A stretch of DNA of 63,165 nucleotides, the filler included, from Rhabdomonas costata (taxonomy: Eukaryota): the NCBI GenBank assembly GCA_019059605.1. It is 52 parts of 52 records of this genome, joined end to end, with 100 filler letters (N's around TTAATTAATTAA, not from the genome) between each part and the next. Parts side by side here need not be neighbours in the genome. Positions count along the whole stretch, not along the records: positions 52,322 to 53,437 come from JAHMHO010027789.1; positions 53,538 to 54,652 come from JAHMHO010027790.1; positions 54,753 to 55,868 come from JAHMHO010027791.1; positions 55,969 to 57,084 come from JAHMHO010027792.1; positions 57,185 to 58,300 come from JAHMHO010027793.1; positions 58,401 to 59,517 come from JAHMHO010027794.1; positions 59,618 to 60,733 come from JAHMHO010027795.1; positions 60,834 to 61,949 come from JAHMHO010027796.1; 44 more parts are not named here. The stretch is one strand, 5' to 3'. Position 1 is the stretch's first letter; every line of letters starts with the position of its first letter. Made by a program: the position numbers and the translations under genes. Shown here piece after piece: positions 52,360 to 63,165 of this stretch. The notes beneath the pieces were generated by a model. It ran no database searches. It was not told where the DNA came from and was given only the letters and a program-made list of their open reading frames with translations.

Positions 52360-52996
52360 CTCGGTGCAGTGGGCGCCGAAGACCTCCTGGCCATCTCTGG
52401 CGTCCATGTTTTGGAACCCCCGCAAGGGGTCGACGTACCGCTCCACGAACTTCAGCCTGCTGTTGTGGAGGCTGTGCAGGGTCTTCGCCACACTGCTGTG
52501 CAGGCGAAAGGTCTGCGGGAGGAGCTGCTCCATCCGCTGGCTCACCTCCGCACTCCTCGCCTTCAGCTCCTGAAAAAGAAAACAGAGGAAGAGTGAGACC
52601 ATCACTTGACCCCCGCTTTATTTGGTTTTGTAGTGCTGAGGCACATTCCGAAAAGAATGGACATGGGAGGGGGGGGGGTACTCAATATCGGTCCTTCGCT
52701 CTTTTTGCCATGTTTGCCATGTGAAGGGTAATCTCATGGGATTGATGCAGTTCTGAAGGGAGTGTCGGAGGGAGGGAAGAAGGGCGGAGTCAATCGGTGT
52801 ACACGTGGCCTGGCAAAAGTTCCGGAACCTTTGGAACTTGGGCCTGCTGGCAATGCTGAATGAGGAAGGAAGGGCTTCGGGGGTAGGGGTATTTCAAAAA
52901 GCGTTCGGGTGGAGTTGGGACCAGTCCAGCAGGCACCTTGGATTGCCTCTCGACCTCCGCGGTCTTGTCCTGCAGGGCCTTCTTCATCATCTGAAG
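52360..52996 (-). CDS. Coiled-coil protein of unknown function; exons 52996-52937 and 52569-52360
   Basis: Two GC3-rich phase-0 exons joined by a 367-nt GT-AG intron: LQMMKKALQDKTAEVERQSK|ELKARSAEVSQRMEQLL... Confidence 0.65.
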
Positions 52997-53593
52997 CTGT
53001 GAGGGACAATTACACCATCGCTCGCCAAACTGCGGACTTCACCCACAAACGCAGATGCAGCAATTATCAGGTACCACGAAAGAAGACTGGTAAACTTTTC
53101 CGGTGGGCTTTTCGCGGGAGGGATTCACAGGATCGCACTGCTTCGCTTCCACAACCTCTGTCCCTTGGCAGCAGGTAGTGGAAGCCAACATAACAATGCA
53201 GCAACAGCGTGCCCCCATGTCGGGGGAGATTCATCGCTTCGCAACCCCTTGATAGGCAAGAAATACCCGCCAAAACCCACTCCGTTCTCGCCTAGCAAAA
53301 ACCCTCCTCAGGAATGTGCAGCAGAAAATATAAGTTAGCTGAACAACAGCGTGTGTGCGTGTGCGTAAGGTTGCTTCCTGGAACCATTTTCAGCGTTCTA
53401 GTGAAATTGGCCAGTCAAGGAAATGTCTTATCCCAGCNNNNNNNNNNNNNNNNNNNNNNNNNNNNNNNNNNNNNNNNNNNNTTAATTAATTAANNNNNNN
53501 NNNNNNNNNNNNNNNNNNNNNNNNNNNNNNNNNNNNNTAACCCGCTGTCCCTTGGTAAAATCCCAGTTGTTCCCTCCCGCAGCCTCCGCATGA

Positions 53594-53764
<171 letters not shown>

Positions 53765-55182
53765 GCTTCCGGCCAGTGACCTATACAAACCCATGCACAA
53801 CCTATACAGACCTGCACGCAACCACAACCACAACCCCTCAACCGTGTCTTTTTTATTTGTGAGAACCTCTGCAAAGGAGAGAGAAAAGAGGCATCCAAGA
53901 TGATGGGTCTCTTTTGGTTGGGGACGGAAGAATATGGCATTTGAGGTACCAAAACCCGGCTTTCCCACCACACCGGCGTGCATTCGCATCCGTACTTTTG
54001 GTGAGCTGATGAGATCTGTCTCACGCCTTTCTCGTATGCAATCTGTGGATGACGGGGTAAAGTCGACTGGGGTGAGGCAGTAAGCTCTTTGAGGGCTTCG
54101 GAATATGAACGGATCTGCTTCGCTTCTTTGGGCTGCGTTGCGGTCTGGGAGGGGCAGCTCCATCATCCGTCTTCATATCCAAAAGCTCTCAAACGAAACG
54201 AACGGAAGGCAAACGGGAAAGGGAAAGAGATGGGGTTGGGAGGTACCCCCCCCCTTCCCCTCCGAATCCGTTGCTCTTGTGGAGCCGCTCTTGTACGCGT
54301 GTGAGTCCTCCGTCTCTTCTTTCGATTACGCTCTCTTCTACTGCTTCTCCTTTTGCCTAGTTTCTTCTGTCGTATTATTACTCCTGCTGCAGCCCCAGCG
54401 CTGCGGCTATTCCCGCCCCTCCCGTCTTTCTTATTCTCTCGCGTTTATATACATGTGTATGTTATGTGGGTCGCTTTGACCAGCAACTGGTGGGTTGTAG
54501 TCGACGCGTTTATTCTCAGAGACGGGGCAGGGAAGGAAAGGAGAAGGGAGGGGTAACCCCATCAAAATCAGTTTTCAAGTTCTGGCTGGAGCGAAGCTTT
54601 AAGTTGCGGGGAGGTTGCCCCCCCGCAACTTAAAGCTTCGCTCCAACCAAAANNNNNNNNNNNNNNNNNNNNNNNNNNNNNNNNNNNNNNNNNNNNTTAA
54701 TTAATTAANNNNNNNNNNNNNNNNNNNNNNNNNNNNNNNNNNNNNNNNNNNNGAAAATATGAACAAAAAAGAAAATTACGGATGCGAATTGTTCGAAAAG
54801 GACACGAAAACATGGAATCCCTGCTCGATGGCACGTTTTGCCTTAGTGTAATTCAAAGTTGGGTATTTGTGTTTGTGTGTGTTCGCCATTTTCCATGGTT
54901 GCTTTCCTTGCCGACTACTAGATTTACACAGAAGTTGCTTGCCCGTCATCTCAGAAATAAGAGGTGGGGAGAAACACTGAGAACAGGGCAGAAAAACACC
55001 TGTAGGTAGAAAAACACGTTTACACCCCCCGACCCTTCAGTTCGAAAGTGCCTGGTTTAGAGTGATCTTTTTCGGTTGTGACTTTTGAGGAGACGACGAA
55101 TCACAAATAAGAAAGGGGGGCGGGGAGGGCTTCTATTGACCAATTTCTTCCGCCTCAGACTTTTCTTCAAATTGTCCCGACA

Positions 55183-55868
55183 ATGCAGACGGCTCGGGAA
55201 CATTTCTTTAAGTTTGACTGCATGATTCGGCGTGCCCTTGCTGTGTCCTTGCTCACCATCACCTTGTCAGTCCTTTTCACAACCCACGGTACTCCATCAG
55301 TTGCCTTGTACCTTGCAATTGTTGTGGACATTTTCATCGCAGCACTGTGTTTTGGCGCAGTGTATTGCCAGTGGACTAAGTCCCCTGCATCCCGTGACGT
55401 CAGTGTCACCCTTGCCCACATGCTATGCCTGGCTGTGTACGGGGTCTGCCACAGCGTATTTGGCCTCCAGGCTTACCCTTGCCTTCCTGCCGTGCTGCAC
55501 CTGCTCCTGTGTTCACTGACCCTGTCGCGCCCCGTTCGGGTGGCCTCTGCTGTGACCTGTGTGGTTATGCCTTCGGTGTGCCTTCCTGGGGATTTCTTCA
55601 CCCCAGTGCCCATCACCGTGGCAGTGTTTTCCACTCTTTTTTCCTTCGCGTGTGAGAGGCCACGTGACACCCTTGTCGCGGTGCCAGGTTTAATAGAGGC
55701 CCCTGAGCACAGTGATTTTGGGGAATCTGGGCGAACATCTCGAGGGGGAAGAGGTAGTGCGTGGAAACGGCTGCTCTCTTCTGTGACCTCGCTGGACATC
55801 CGGAGGGTCGTCTCTGGTCCGTTCAACCATGTTTCCACAGATGCCGTGAGGGACAGTCACCAAAACCC
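55183..55868 (+). CDS. Putative multi-pass membrane protein, 3' truncated
   Basis: ORF open to the contig end with about 5 hydrophobic segments followed by a polar tail; pyrimidine tract plus AG 24 nt before the ATG. No family recognised. Confidence 0.45.
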
Positions 55869-56366
55869 NNNNNNNNNNNNNNNNNNNNNNNNNNNNNNNN
55901 NNNNNNNNNNNNTTAATTAATTAANNNNNNNNNNNNNNNNNNNNNNNNNNNNNNNNNNNNNNNNNNNNTGTTTGAGGGCCCTTCATCCGGCAAATTTGTC
56001 TCGACACATAGCGGTGGGGGGGGATTTCTTGACGATGGGCGTTTTCCCTGTCAGCGATCCCTTACCTCGAGACATTAGAAGGGGGCTGTCCCGAGGCATA
56101 TTTGGCGGATAAAACGCCTGGATTCCGGGAAAGCTCCCCTCCCCGAGACCTTTTAGAGATACCGAAGGATAGACAAACGTGCACGGACAAAATTCCACGG
56201 CTCTTTTTTGGATTCTAGGGCAAGGTAAATGGCCAGCGAGAGGCTTAAGGAAAAAAGATTCGCGCTCATCGTGACAGCCTATGTCCATCCAACACCATAC
56301 AAGAGAGGGGCCAGAACCCTTTCGAAAACGAGGCGCAAAGGAGGGGTTGAGGAGGGGGCAGCATAC

Positions 56367-56556
56367 AGAAGTCCCCGCTGTACCAGCATTCCCACAGAGG
56401 GATGGTCTCGTTGCAGCTGAAGACCTGGCCCTGAAACTGGTCAATGGCCAGCGCGGCGTAGGCGTAAGACTGGGGACTGCACCACCGGGCCCACACCCAA
56501 GCGCCGGGCAGGGTATCCCACGGGATAAGGTACCCCGCGAAAAGGAAGAAGAATAC
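56367..56556 (-). CDS. ABCG (ABC-2 type) transporter transmembrane-domain exon
   Basis: CAG|VFFFLFAGYLIPWDTLPGAWVWARWCSPQSYAYAALAIDQFQGQVFSC matches the ABCG FxGxxIP...W.W...SP..YA..AL pattern. Donor is at 56383 or 56366. Confidence 0.85.
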
Positions 56557-57887
56557 CTGCGCCACGCAGCACAACGGGCAACAGCAGTTTCTACAGAAAA
56601 ACGCTGGCTGGCTGACCAATTCAACCTGCTAATCCACACAATCACAACAACATCGGAGGCATCGACATCCACGAGGCAATCTGTTGGGAGGAGGGGGTTG
56701 AGGTTGTTTCATACTGCGCCCTCCCTCAGAATTTCTAAAAAGAAAACCATCGGAAACAATGGATTGCGGGATTGCGGTACACCGGGTGAAAACGCGCCTG
56801 AAGTACGCCGTGAGGGTGGCAAGCTAGTTGGGCCGCATAAATCACGGTTAGCAGTGATAATTATGTTGCCCTGTTGCGAGACCTATAACCTTTGACTAAG
56901 GACAGAGCAGGACCCAAAACCAAAAGATGGCTTGACGAGCGAATGAGAAGATGGAGACAAAAAAAGAAAGACGTCCCACACTCACACAGGTGCAGCTTGG
57001 GTACTCGTACAGAGGACAGGATAATTCTGTTGCGGGGTCATGCCCCAGGTCCACCACCTACCGCAGCAGGCCCACCAGGATCTGNNNNNNNNNNNNNNNN
57101 NNNNNNNNNNNNNNNNNNNNNNNNNNNNTTAATTAATTAANNNNNNNNNNNNNNNNNNNNNNNNNNNNNNNNNNNNNNNNNNNNGTGTGGGTTGGTGGCA
57201 ATGCTACTGCAGTGGCAAGCGTTTGTGTATTTATGGGCTTCGGTGAAGGATTGGGAAGCGAACACTTTCCCACTTACTTCCGGGTTCTAAAAAAAGGCCC
57301 TTGGCTTGGTGGCTATGGATAGACAGAAACTGGCAAACCAAACCTTTGAAGTTGGACATTTCTGAAACCACCGGTGTGACGGTTTGCTCTTTTTTTCTTT
57401 TTTTAAGAAGAGAAAATTACTGCACTGTGGTACAGGAGTTCCAGCCGAGGCTGGGGTGCAGCACTAAACAAACAATTTATAAGCTAATAACGAAATTCAG
57501 CGTGACAGGTTGTCCAGCGTTGTAGGCAGTGCAGCCAGCTGGATATAATGAAGAGAAGCCCAGAGAGGTTTTGCATAGCAGAGTGAGTTGCAAACACATT
57601 GAAACAAAGAAGCCAAAGTAATAGGGGAGATGGAGCGCGGGGGAGAGGGGCGGGATGGAGGGAAAGTCAACTCGTGTGCAGGTTTTTTGTGGTTCGCTGA
57701 GCACGTCCCTATTTGCCTTTTAGTTCTCGCTTCACGTGCAAGCTTGAGTTGGACAAAAGAGCTTCCAGAAAAAAGAAGGAAAGGGGGGGGGGATTTCGCT
57801 GATGACGTTCCCTTTCTCTTGTGTCTCACTCGAGCGCGAAAGGCACAAACAAGATATAGAGCGGAAGCGCAGGTGGTGGTGGGGCAC

Positions 57888-58076
57888 CATGTCGACGAAG
57901 TGCCGAAGAAGGTACTCCGTGTCTGTGGGTCCCGCTGTGGCTTCGGGGTGGAACTGCACGCTGAAGAAGGGCTTGAAGCTGTGGATAAGCCCCTCGTTGG
58001 ACTGGTCATTCGCGTTGACGAAGAGCTGCTTCCAGTGGGTGGGAAGGGTGTTGTTGTCCACCGCAAAGCCGTGGTT
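57888..58076 (-). CDS. Carbamoyl-phosphate synthetase, glutamine amidotransferase domain exon (CPSII/CAD-type)
   Basis: CAG|NHGFAVD...[15 protein letters not shown]...[16 protein letters not shown]...|GT, 63 codons, with the catalytic HPE. Confidence 0.95.
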
Positions 58077-59856
58077 CTGCGGGGAGAGGTTGCATGCCTG
58101 ATACTATGCCTACCACAATTCCCGACAAAGCAACGGCTCCCAACCACGTGGCGAAGGACAAAAAACGCCCCAATTCATTCTTGCTGCCCAAATCGCCACA
58201 AATCCAACAGGTGAGGAAAATGCTAACAAAATGAACCTCCATCAACAAAATCCTAGCAAAAAAGACACCACCTGGAAAGCTAGAACATAAAATCCTTCAG
58301 NNNNNNNNNNNNNNNNNNNNNNNNNNNNNNNNNNNNNNNNNNNNTTAATTAATTAANNNNNNNNNNNNNNNNNNNNNNNNNNNNNNNNNNNNNNNNNNNN
58401 TAAATTTCACTAAGTTGGCGCTGTCGCTGTTTACCTTGGTAGAAACACCCAGTACGAGGCTGAGTTTTTCCTGATACCGGTATGGCTTATTCTCTTCGTG
58501 CGCTGTGGTCTGTAGCCTCCGCATGTGCTATATATCTTTGGTTTCTTGCTTGGCGTTTGGCTCTCATGATCCGCGCTTGTTTACTCTAGATGGGTGCGGG
58601 GGCTCTTCAGCTGATGATGATGGGCGGGGTCTTGTGGAAAATAGATGGTTTAGATGTACTGCTCTCTATGACTTCTGCTGGCTGCTCGTTTCAAAAGCCT
58701 TTGCTTTCAAGGGTTCTGGTGGTCCTGGAGTTCTCCGTTGCCTCTAGCCAGCCTTCCGCTTACGCCTTTCCCACCAGAAAACAAGGCAAGCAAGAAGATA
58801 ACGGCAACAAAGCACACAGGTTTCGCGACACATCTTTAGCCATGAATTGGCTTACATCGCTTTTAGCCTCTATCCGGAGCTTTTTAGCATCTGCGATCTG
58901 ATTCATGCCCATAAAGCTTTATCCTCACGCCAGTTCTATTCAAAAATTCCTTTATCCTTTAGCCACTGGCTGCCCTTAGCCTTCCCATATATCCGGGCGT
59001 CTTTTCATTTATATTGGATTACACTCCTTATGTGATCTGCCTTTCGGATCGCACCTTGGCTTTTCTTGTGCCTTCGGTTGTTTTGTCTTCTTGCTTTTTG
59101 TCTTTTCCGTCTTGCTTCCCAATCCTTTCGCCCGCTGCTTCGCCCCGGGGGTTTGGCCATTTCTAACCCCGACCTCTATGAAACAATCCCGACATGTTTT
59201 CATGCGGCAACGGCCTGTAACGCGGCCCGTAGGTAGCCAGGGCACTGGATTTTTCAACTCTGCCAAGCCCGCTGGTTACGACTTAATCCAAATATTATGA
59301 CCCATTTAAAAAGACAGGAAGGACACCGGGGCGCGTGACGCAGTATTCTAATTTCCCACCTTCAAATGTGCGGACGCAATTTCACGGGCGCAATTCTACA
59401 CCGAAAACAGGCGTAAAAAGCGTTTTGGTCTATAAAGCAGACCTTTTTCGGGGAACCTTTTGGTGATTTTCGCCAGTTTTGCTCAAGCCCGGGAAGCACA
59501 TATGAAACAAAAAACAANNNNNNNNNNNNNNNNNNNNNNNNNNNNNNNNNNNNNNNNNNNNTTAATTAATTAANNNNNNNNNNNNNNNNNNNNNNNNNNN
59601 NNNNNNNNNNNNNNNNNGCGAGATGATTTTCTGTCGGTTTCTGACTATATCTGTGGCCTCATACCCTTTCTTTCCCGCTGTACTATTGGACCCCAAAACA
59701 AAAGAATCTCGATCTCGTAATCCACATCTTTTACAAAATTCCGAATGAAGGGTGAAGAAAAAATGAAATCAGACCTGGAAGAAGAAGAGGATCTCACACT
59801 TTCGATCTCGCACAAGAAATATAGATTCACATTAACTATGTGCTCGTGACGCGCAG

Positions 59857-59988
59857 AAGGGGCCATTGAGAGACTGCAGAGGGCCCATGGGGTCAATGCC
59901 ATCGTGGCGCAGCTCAAGGCTTACCACTCGGACGCGGAGCTCAGCCTGCAGGGCTCCAAGGCCCTGCTTGCGGTGGCTCGCACCTCAG
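59857..59988 (+). CDS. Exon, armadillo-like helical repeat
   Basis: CAG|...CAG|GTGTGT, 132 nt, symmetric phase; HGVNAIVAQLKAYHSDAELSLQGSKALLAVA. Confidence 0.55.
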
Positions 59989-62320
59989 GTGTGTCAGAGT
60001 CACGTGGGAAAGGAGGCATCTCTTCTGGCGTGACGCCCGAAACGTATTTGCAACCATGAGTCAATGATGATGCATGTTGACACATATTAACTCGTTTTCT
60101 TCATGCAGATAACAGTGAGGTCCAACAACAACGTTCACAGTTTGGCTGGAGCGACTGAACTATTTTTTTTGTTTTTGGGGTACAGAGTTTCACTTCATAA
60201 AGTTATTTATAAATTGAATATCCGACAACACAGCAAAGTGAAATTGCTGGAAACCAATCCAACACGGTAATGGTGGAAAGGCTTCCTTTTTCTCAGACGG
60301 CTTTTCACAGCACAGCTTCGTTAGGGTAGAGACACACAAACCGTTCTTCGGCCTGAGCCCACGGCTGGTTGAAGGCCTGGGAGCGTTTGAGGCATATTCT
60401 GGAGTGCAACCCGGTCTGACCGCGGATCACGAATGCTGGACATTCGGTTGTGAACCCTTCCTTTTTAGTTTCCTCGGGAGGGGTGCTCGTTTGAAAAATT
60501 CTTGCTGACCACTTAAGGGGTGGGGACGCTCCTTCTTTTAGGAACTGGGCTTACACAAGTCGCGGGGCAGGCGATGGGCACGATCTTTGCAACGATCCAG
60601 GTATTTCGGTGCCCTAACACGCTCACAGGCATCACTCAAGTCAGTGCTTGTGTTTCACTGAAGATTAAGATCTCAACCTCCGATGATTTTCCTTCCCGCT
60701 TCTCCCTACTCCCGAGCTCAAATTGGCTGCTTTNNNNNNNNNNNNNNNNNNNNNNNNNNNNNNNNNNNNNNNNNNNNTTAATTAATTAANNNNNNNNNNN
60801 NNNNNNNNNNNNNNNNNNNNNNNNNNNNNNNNNTTTTGGGCGAAACCAATGCATCCGCATGGTTTCAGTATTGTGGTGCTGGCCTTCCTTACGTGTAAAA
60901 TTTCGTATCTTACCGAACGTGTCAATTTATTACCACACACATTGTGTGCCGAAGTGTACGGGTTGTTGCAGTGCCCCTCCCACAGTCTCATTCGGTGGAA
61001 GGGGAGCGCGTGTGTGTAGGATTTCTATGTTTTCGGCCGTTTCCTGCGAGTCAGCTGGAAAAATGGTGGCGTACAGGGCCTCTGCGATTGCTTGGGTGAC
61101 TTGGGTGCAGCACGGCACGGTCGAAGGGGAGGGAAGGAGGGAGCGGCAACATGCTGTAAGGCTGCAAGAAGGTTTCCGAGAGGAATCAACTTCACACCGC
61201 ATGAAAAGAAAACTTGCTGCAGAGCTACGCGATACTCGGATGCCCCGCGTGCTTTCCTGCTTTGAGCAATGCGCCCAACATAGTTCGCAAGTGCACAAAA
61301 TTCCGCAGTTGTCAGTGCCCAAGCGGAAGGGAAGGGAGACGAGTGAGGGTGACCAAGACAAGAGAGCTGAGCAGTACCCGGAATAAAATGCTAATGAACC
61401 ACAAAAAGGGTCGGGAATCGAATTAATTTATTCAGCCTCGGGGGAAGAGGTCAGCGCGAGGAGCAGGAAAGGTATGTCGGCCTTCGTGCAACCGTAGAAC
61501 CATAGAAAGGAAACCGGAGCCGATGTAGCGAACTGATGGCAGGGTATCCGTGGATCACACGGGCCCACGGACACACAAAGGGGTTAACCCCAGGCTGCCG
61601 AAAAGAGTGTACACCTTATTCATCCACGCACATAAGCGAGCTGTGCAGTGGAGGGAGAGAAAGAGGGAGATGGCCTTTAACTCGCTCTTTATTTCCGCGT
61701 AGCGCAGTCGAAGTGTATTTGGTATTTTGCCAGTCAATACGACCTCCCGTTACACAAGCGCGCGACGGTGCTTGTTTTGTGAGAAACGGGTCAGAAGGCT
61801 TGTGTGAGAAGGAACAAGCGGGAATGCAGCAAAACAAAGACAAAGGAGTGAGGCCGTTCCAGAAAAAAAAGACAAAGAACAAAGATGACGCGCAAGGAAA
61901 AAAACCACCCGGCTTCAGCAGAGTGCCAGGTTCCAGGTCACAACCCCCCNNNNNNNNNNNNNNNNNNNNNNNNNNNNNNNNNNNNNNNNNNNNTTAATTA
62001 ATTAANNNNNNNNNNNNNNNNNNNNNNNNNNNNNNNNNNNNNNNNNNNNAGCACCACCACACCCGTCGGGTTTCGCGCGTGCCCCCGAGCAGCGGATCGG
62101 TCTTGCAAGTGTTGGGTAGTAATGGGCGTGATTGGCGTTGATATGGCGGTGCATTTTTACGTTTTACCGACGGTAAGGGGAAGCTAATGGCGTCAGCTTT
62201 AGTAATGGCTCAGTGACAGCGATTTCCCATTTTCAGTGGGTGGGGGACTTGCATTGTGAACGCAAACAACAGGGAAAAAAATGGCGGCAAGAAAACAAGC
62301 GAAGTGAGCAAATTTCTCAC

Positions 62321-63034
62321 CTCATCTGCGATGTCGGTTCCAAGTGGCTGCGCCAAAGCGTCCGAAACCTCGGTGGCACTTTCAATTGCTTCGCGGACAG
62401 AGTCAATTTCCTTGTCCACACGCTCCGGCGTTCTGAACGGAGAGAAAACAAAACTCCTTGCGTTCGCCTGTTTCAGAGAGGTCCAGAGGGGAGCAAACTT
62501 GCTGAAAGTAACCGGCTACATACAGGGAGCCATAGGTTGTCTTCAGAGCGTTCGCTCCCTGCTTCAGTGCCTTCACGGCTTCTTTGTTCATCTCCGCCTG
62601 AGAACCACAAAACCCCCCTCTGCGTAAAAGTCACACGTTTCTGAACCACCACAACCAAGAAGAGTAGCGGTGCCCCACAAAGCTGCAAGCTCAAAACGTC
62701 ACACCTCTTCCAGTTTGGACTGAAGCGCGAAGATGTTCTGCTGGTGATTCTGAAGTTTCTGAAGTTGGTCCTCAAACTGCTTTTTACGTTTCAAGTGCAG
62801 CAAGGCCTTTTGCTTGTCCTTCTTCTGTGTCGCCTCCCTGAAAACAAAAATCAAAGCAAAAAAGGCTGACACTTGCACAGCCGGCAACGTGTGCAACACT
62901 GCGAATATGACATACTTTGCTTTAGCAAGCTCCAAATCAATCTTCTTCGCAAGAACATTTTCACGCTTTTGAAAAACTTCCAGCGTGTCGCCCATGTCCT
63001 GAAGCTTGGAGTTCGTTGAGGCCGGAGGCGCCTC
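62321..63034 (-). CDS. SNF7: ESCRT-III subunit Snf7/Vps32 (CHMP4); exons 63034-62916, 62837-62705, 62597-62524, 62432-62321; partial
   Basis: Three GT-AG introns (78, 107, 91 nt) splice in phase: ...LEVFQKRENVLAKKIDLELAKAKEATQKKDKQKALLHLKRKKQFEDQLQKL...AEMNKEAVKALKQGANALK...EVSDALAQPLG. Confidence 0.93.
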
Positions 63035-63165
63035 CTGCAGAAACGGGGTAATGATACAACTACTGCAACCTCCGCTGCCTGCTGCTGCTACTTCGTGGAT
63101 CAGAAAGGAACTTACATTGATTTTCAAAAAAAAACCTGACCATGCAACGGTGGCCACCCACCCCC

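Noticed and set aside
54587..54645. 25-bp hairpin resembling a terminator
   Set aside because: Eukaryotic DNA, and the perfect arm abuts the contig end, so most likely a fold-back artefact.
56281..58214. Long plus-strand ORFs 56281-56895 and 57630-58214
   Set aside because: They are antisense shadows of the GC3-rich ABCG and CPS exons on the minus strand.

Overview
This window is not one locus. It is 52 unrelated contigs of about 1.1 kb joined by 51 artificial 100-nt spacers (N44-TTAATTAATTAA-N44, stops in all six frames). Many contigs start with G/T-only sequence and end with C/A-only sequence, and several end in fold-back copies, which points to primer-based whole-genome amplification (probably single-cell). 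The DNA is nuclear genome of an intron-rich eukaryote, most likely a euglenid, judging mainly by an articulin-type VPV-repeat protein. Most entries in the ORF track are spurious. Real coding signal is short GC3-rich exons bounded by AG/GT. I could splice or recognise fragments of RPS28, mitochondrial uL14, SNF7/VPS32, MetAP2, the carbamoyl-phosphate synthetase GATase domain, a CaiB/BaiF CoA-transferase, a class III nucleotide cyclase, a dual-specificity phosphatase, ABCB and ABCG transporters, kinases, a pentraxin/LamG domain, an ART-like ADP-ribosyltransferase and articulin. Mobile DNA includes a decayed CRE-clade-like non-LTR fragment, a decayed DIRS/LTR-type RT, a MITE-like element and a ~250-bp repeat family tied to (GT)n microsatellites, seen on three contigs. 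No multi-gene system can be inferred because gene neighbourhood here is artificial. All homology calls are from motif recognition by eye, not database searches.
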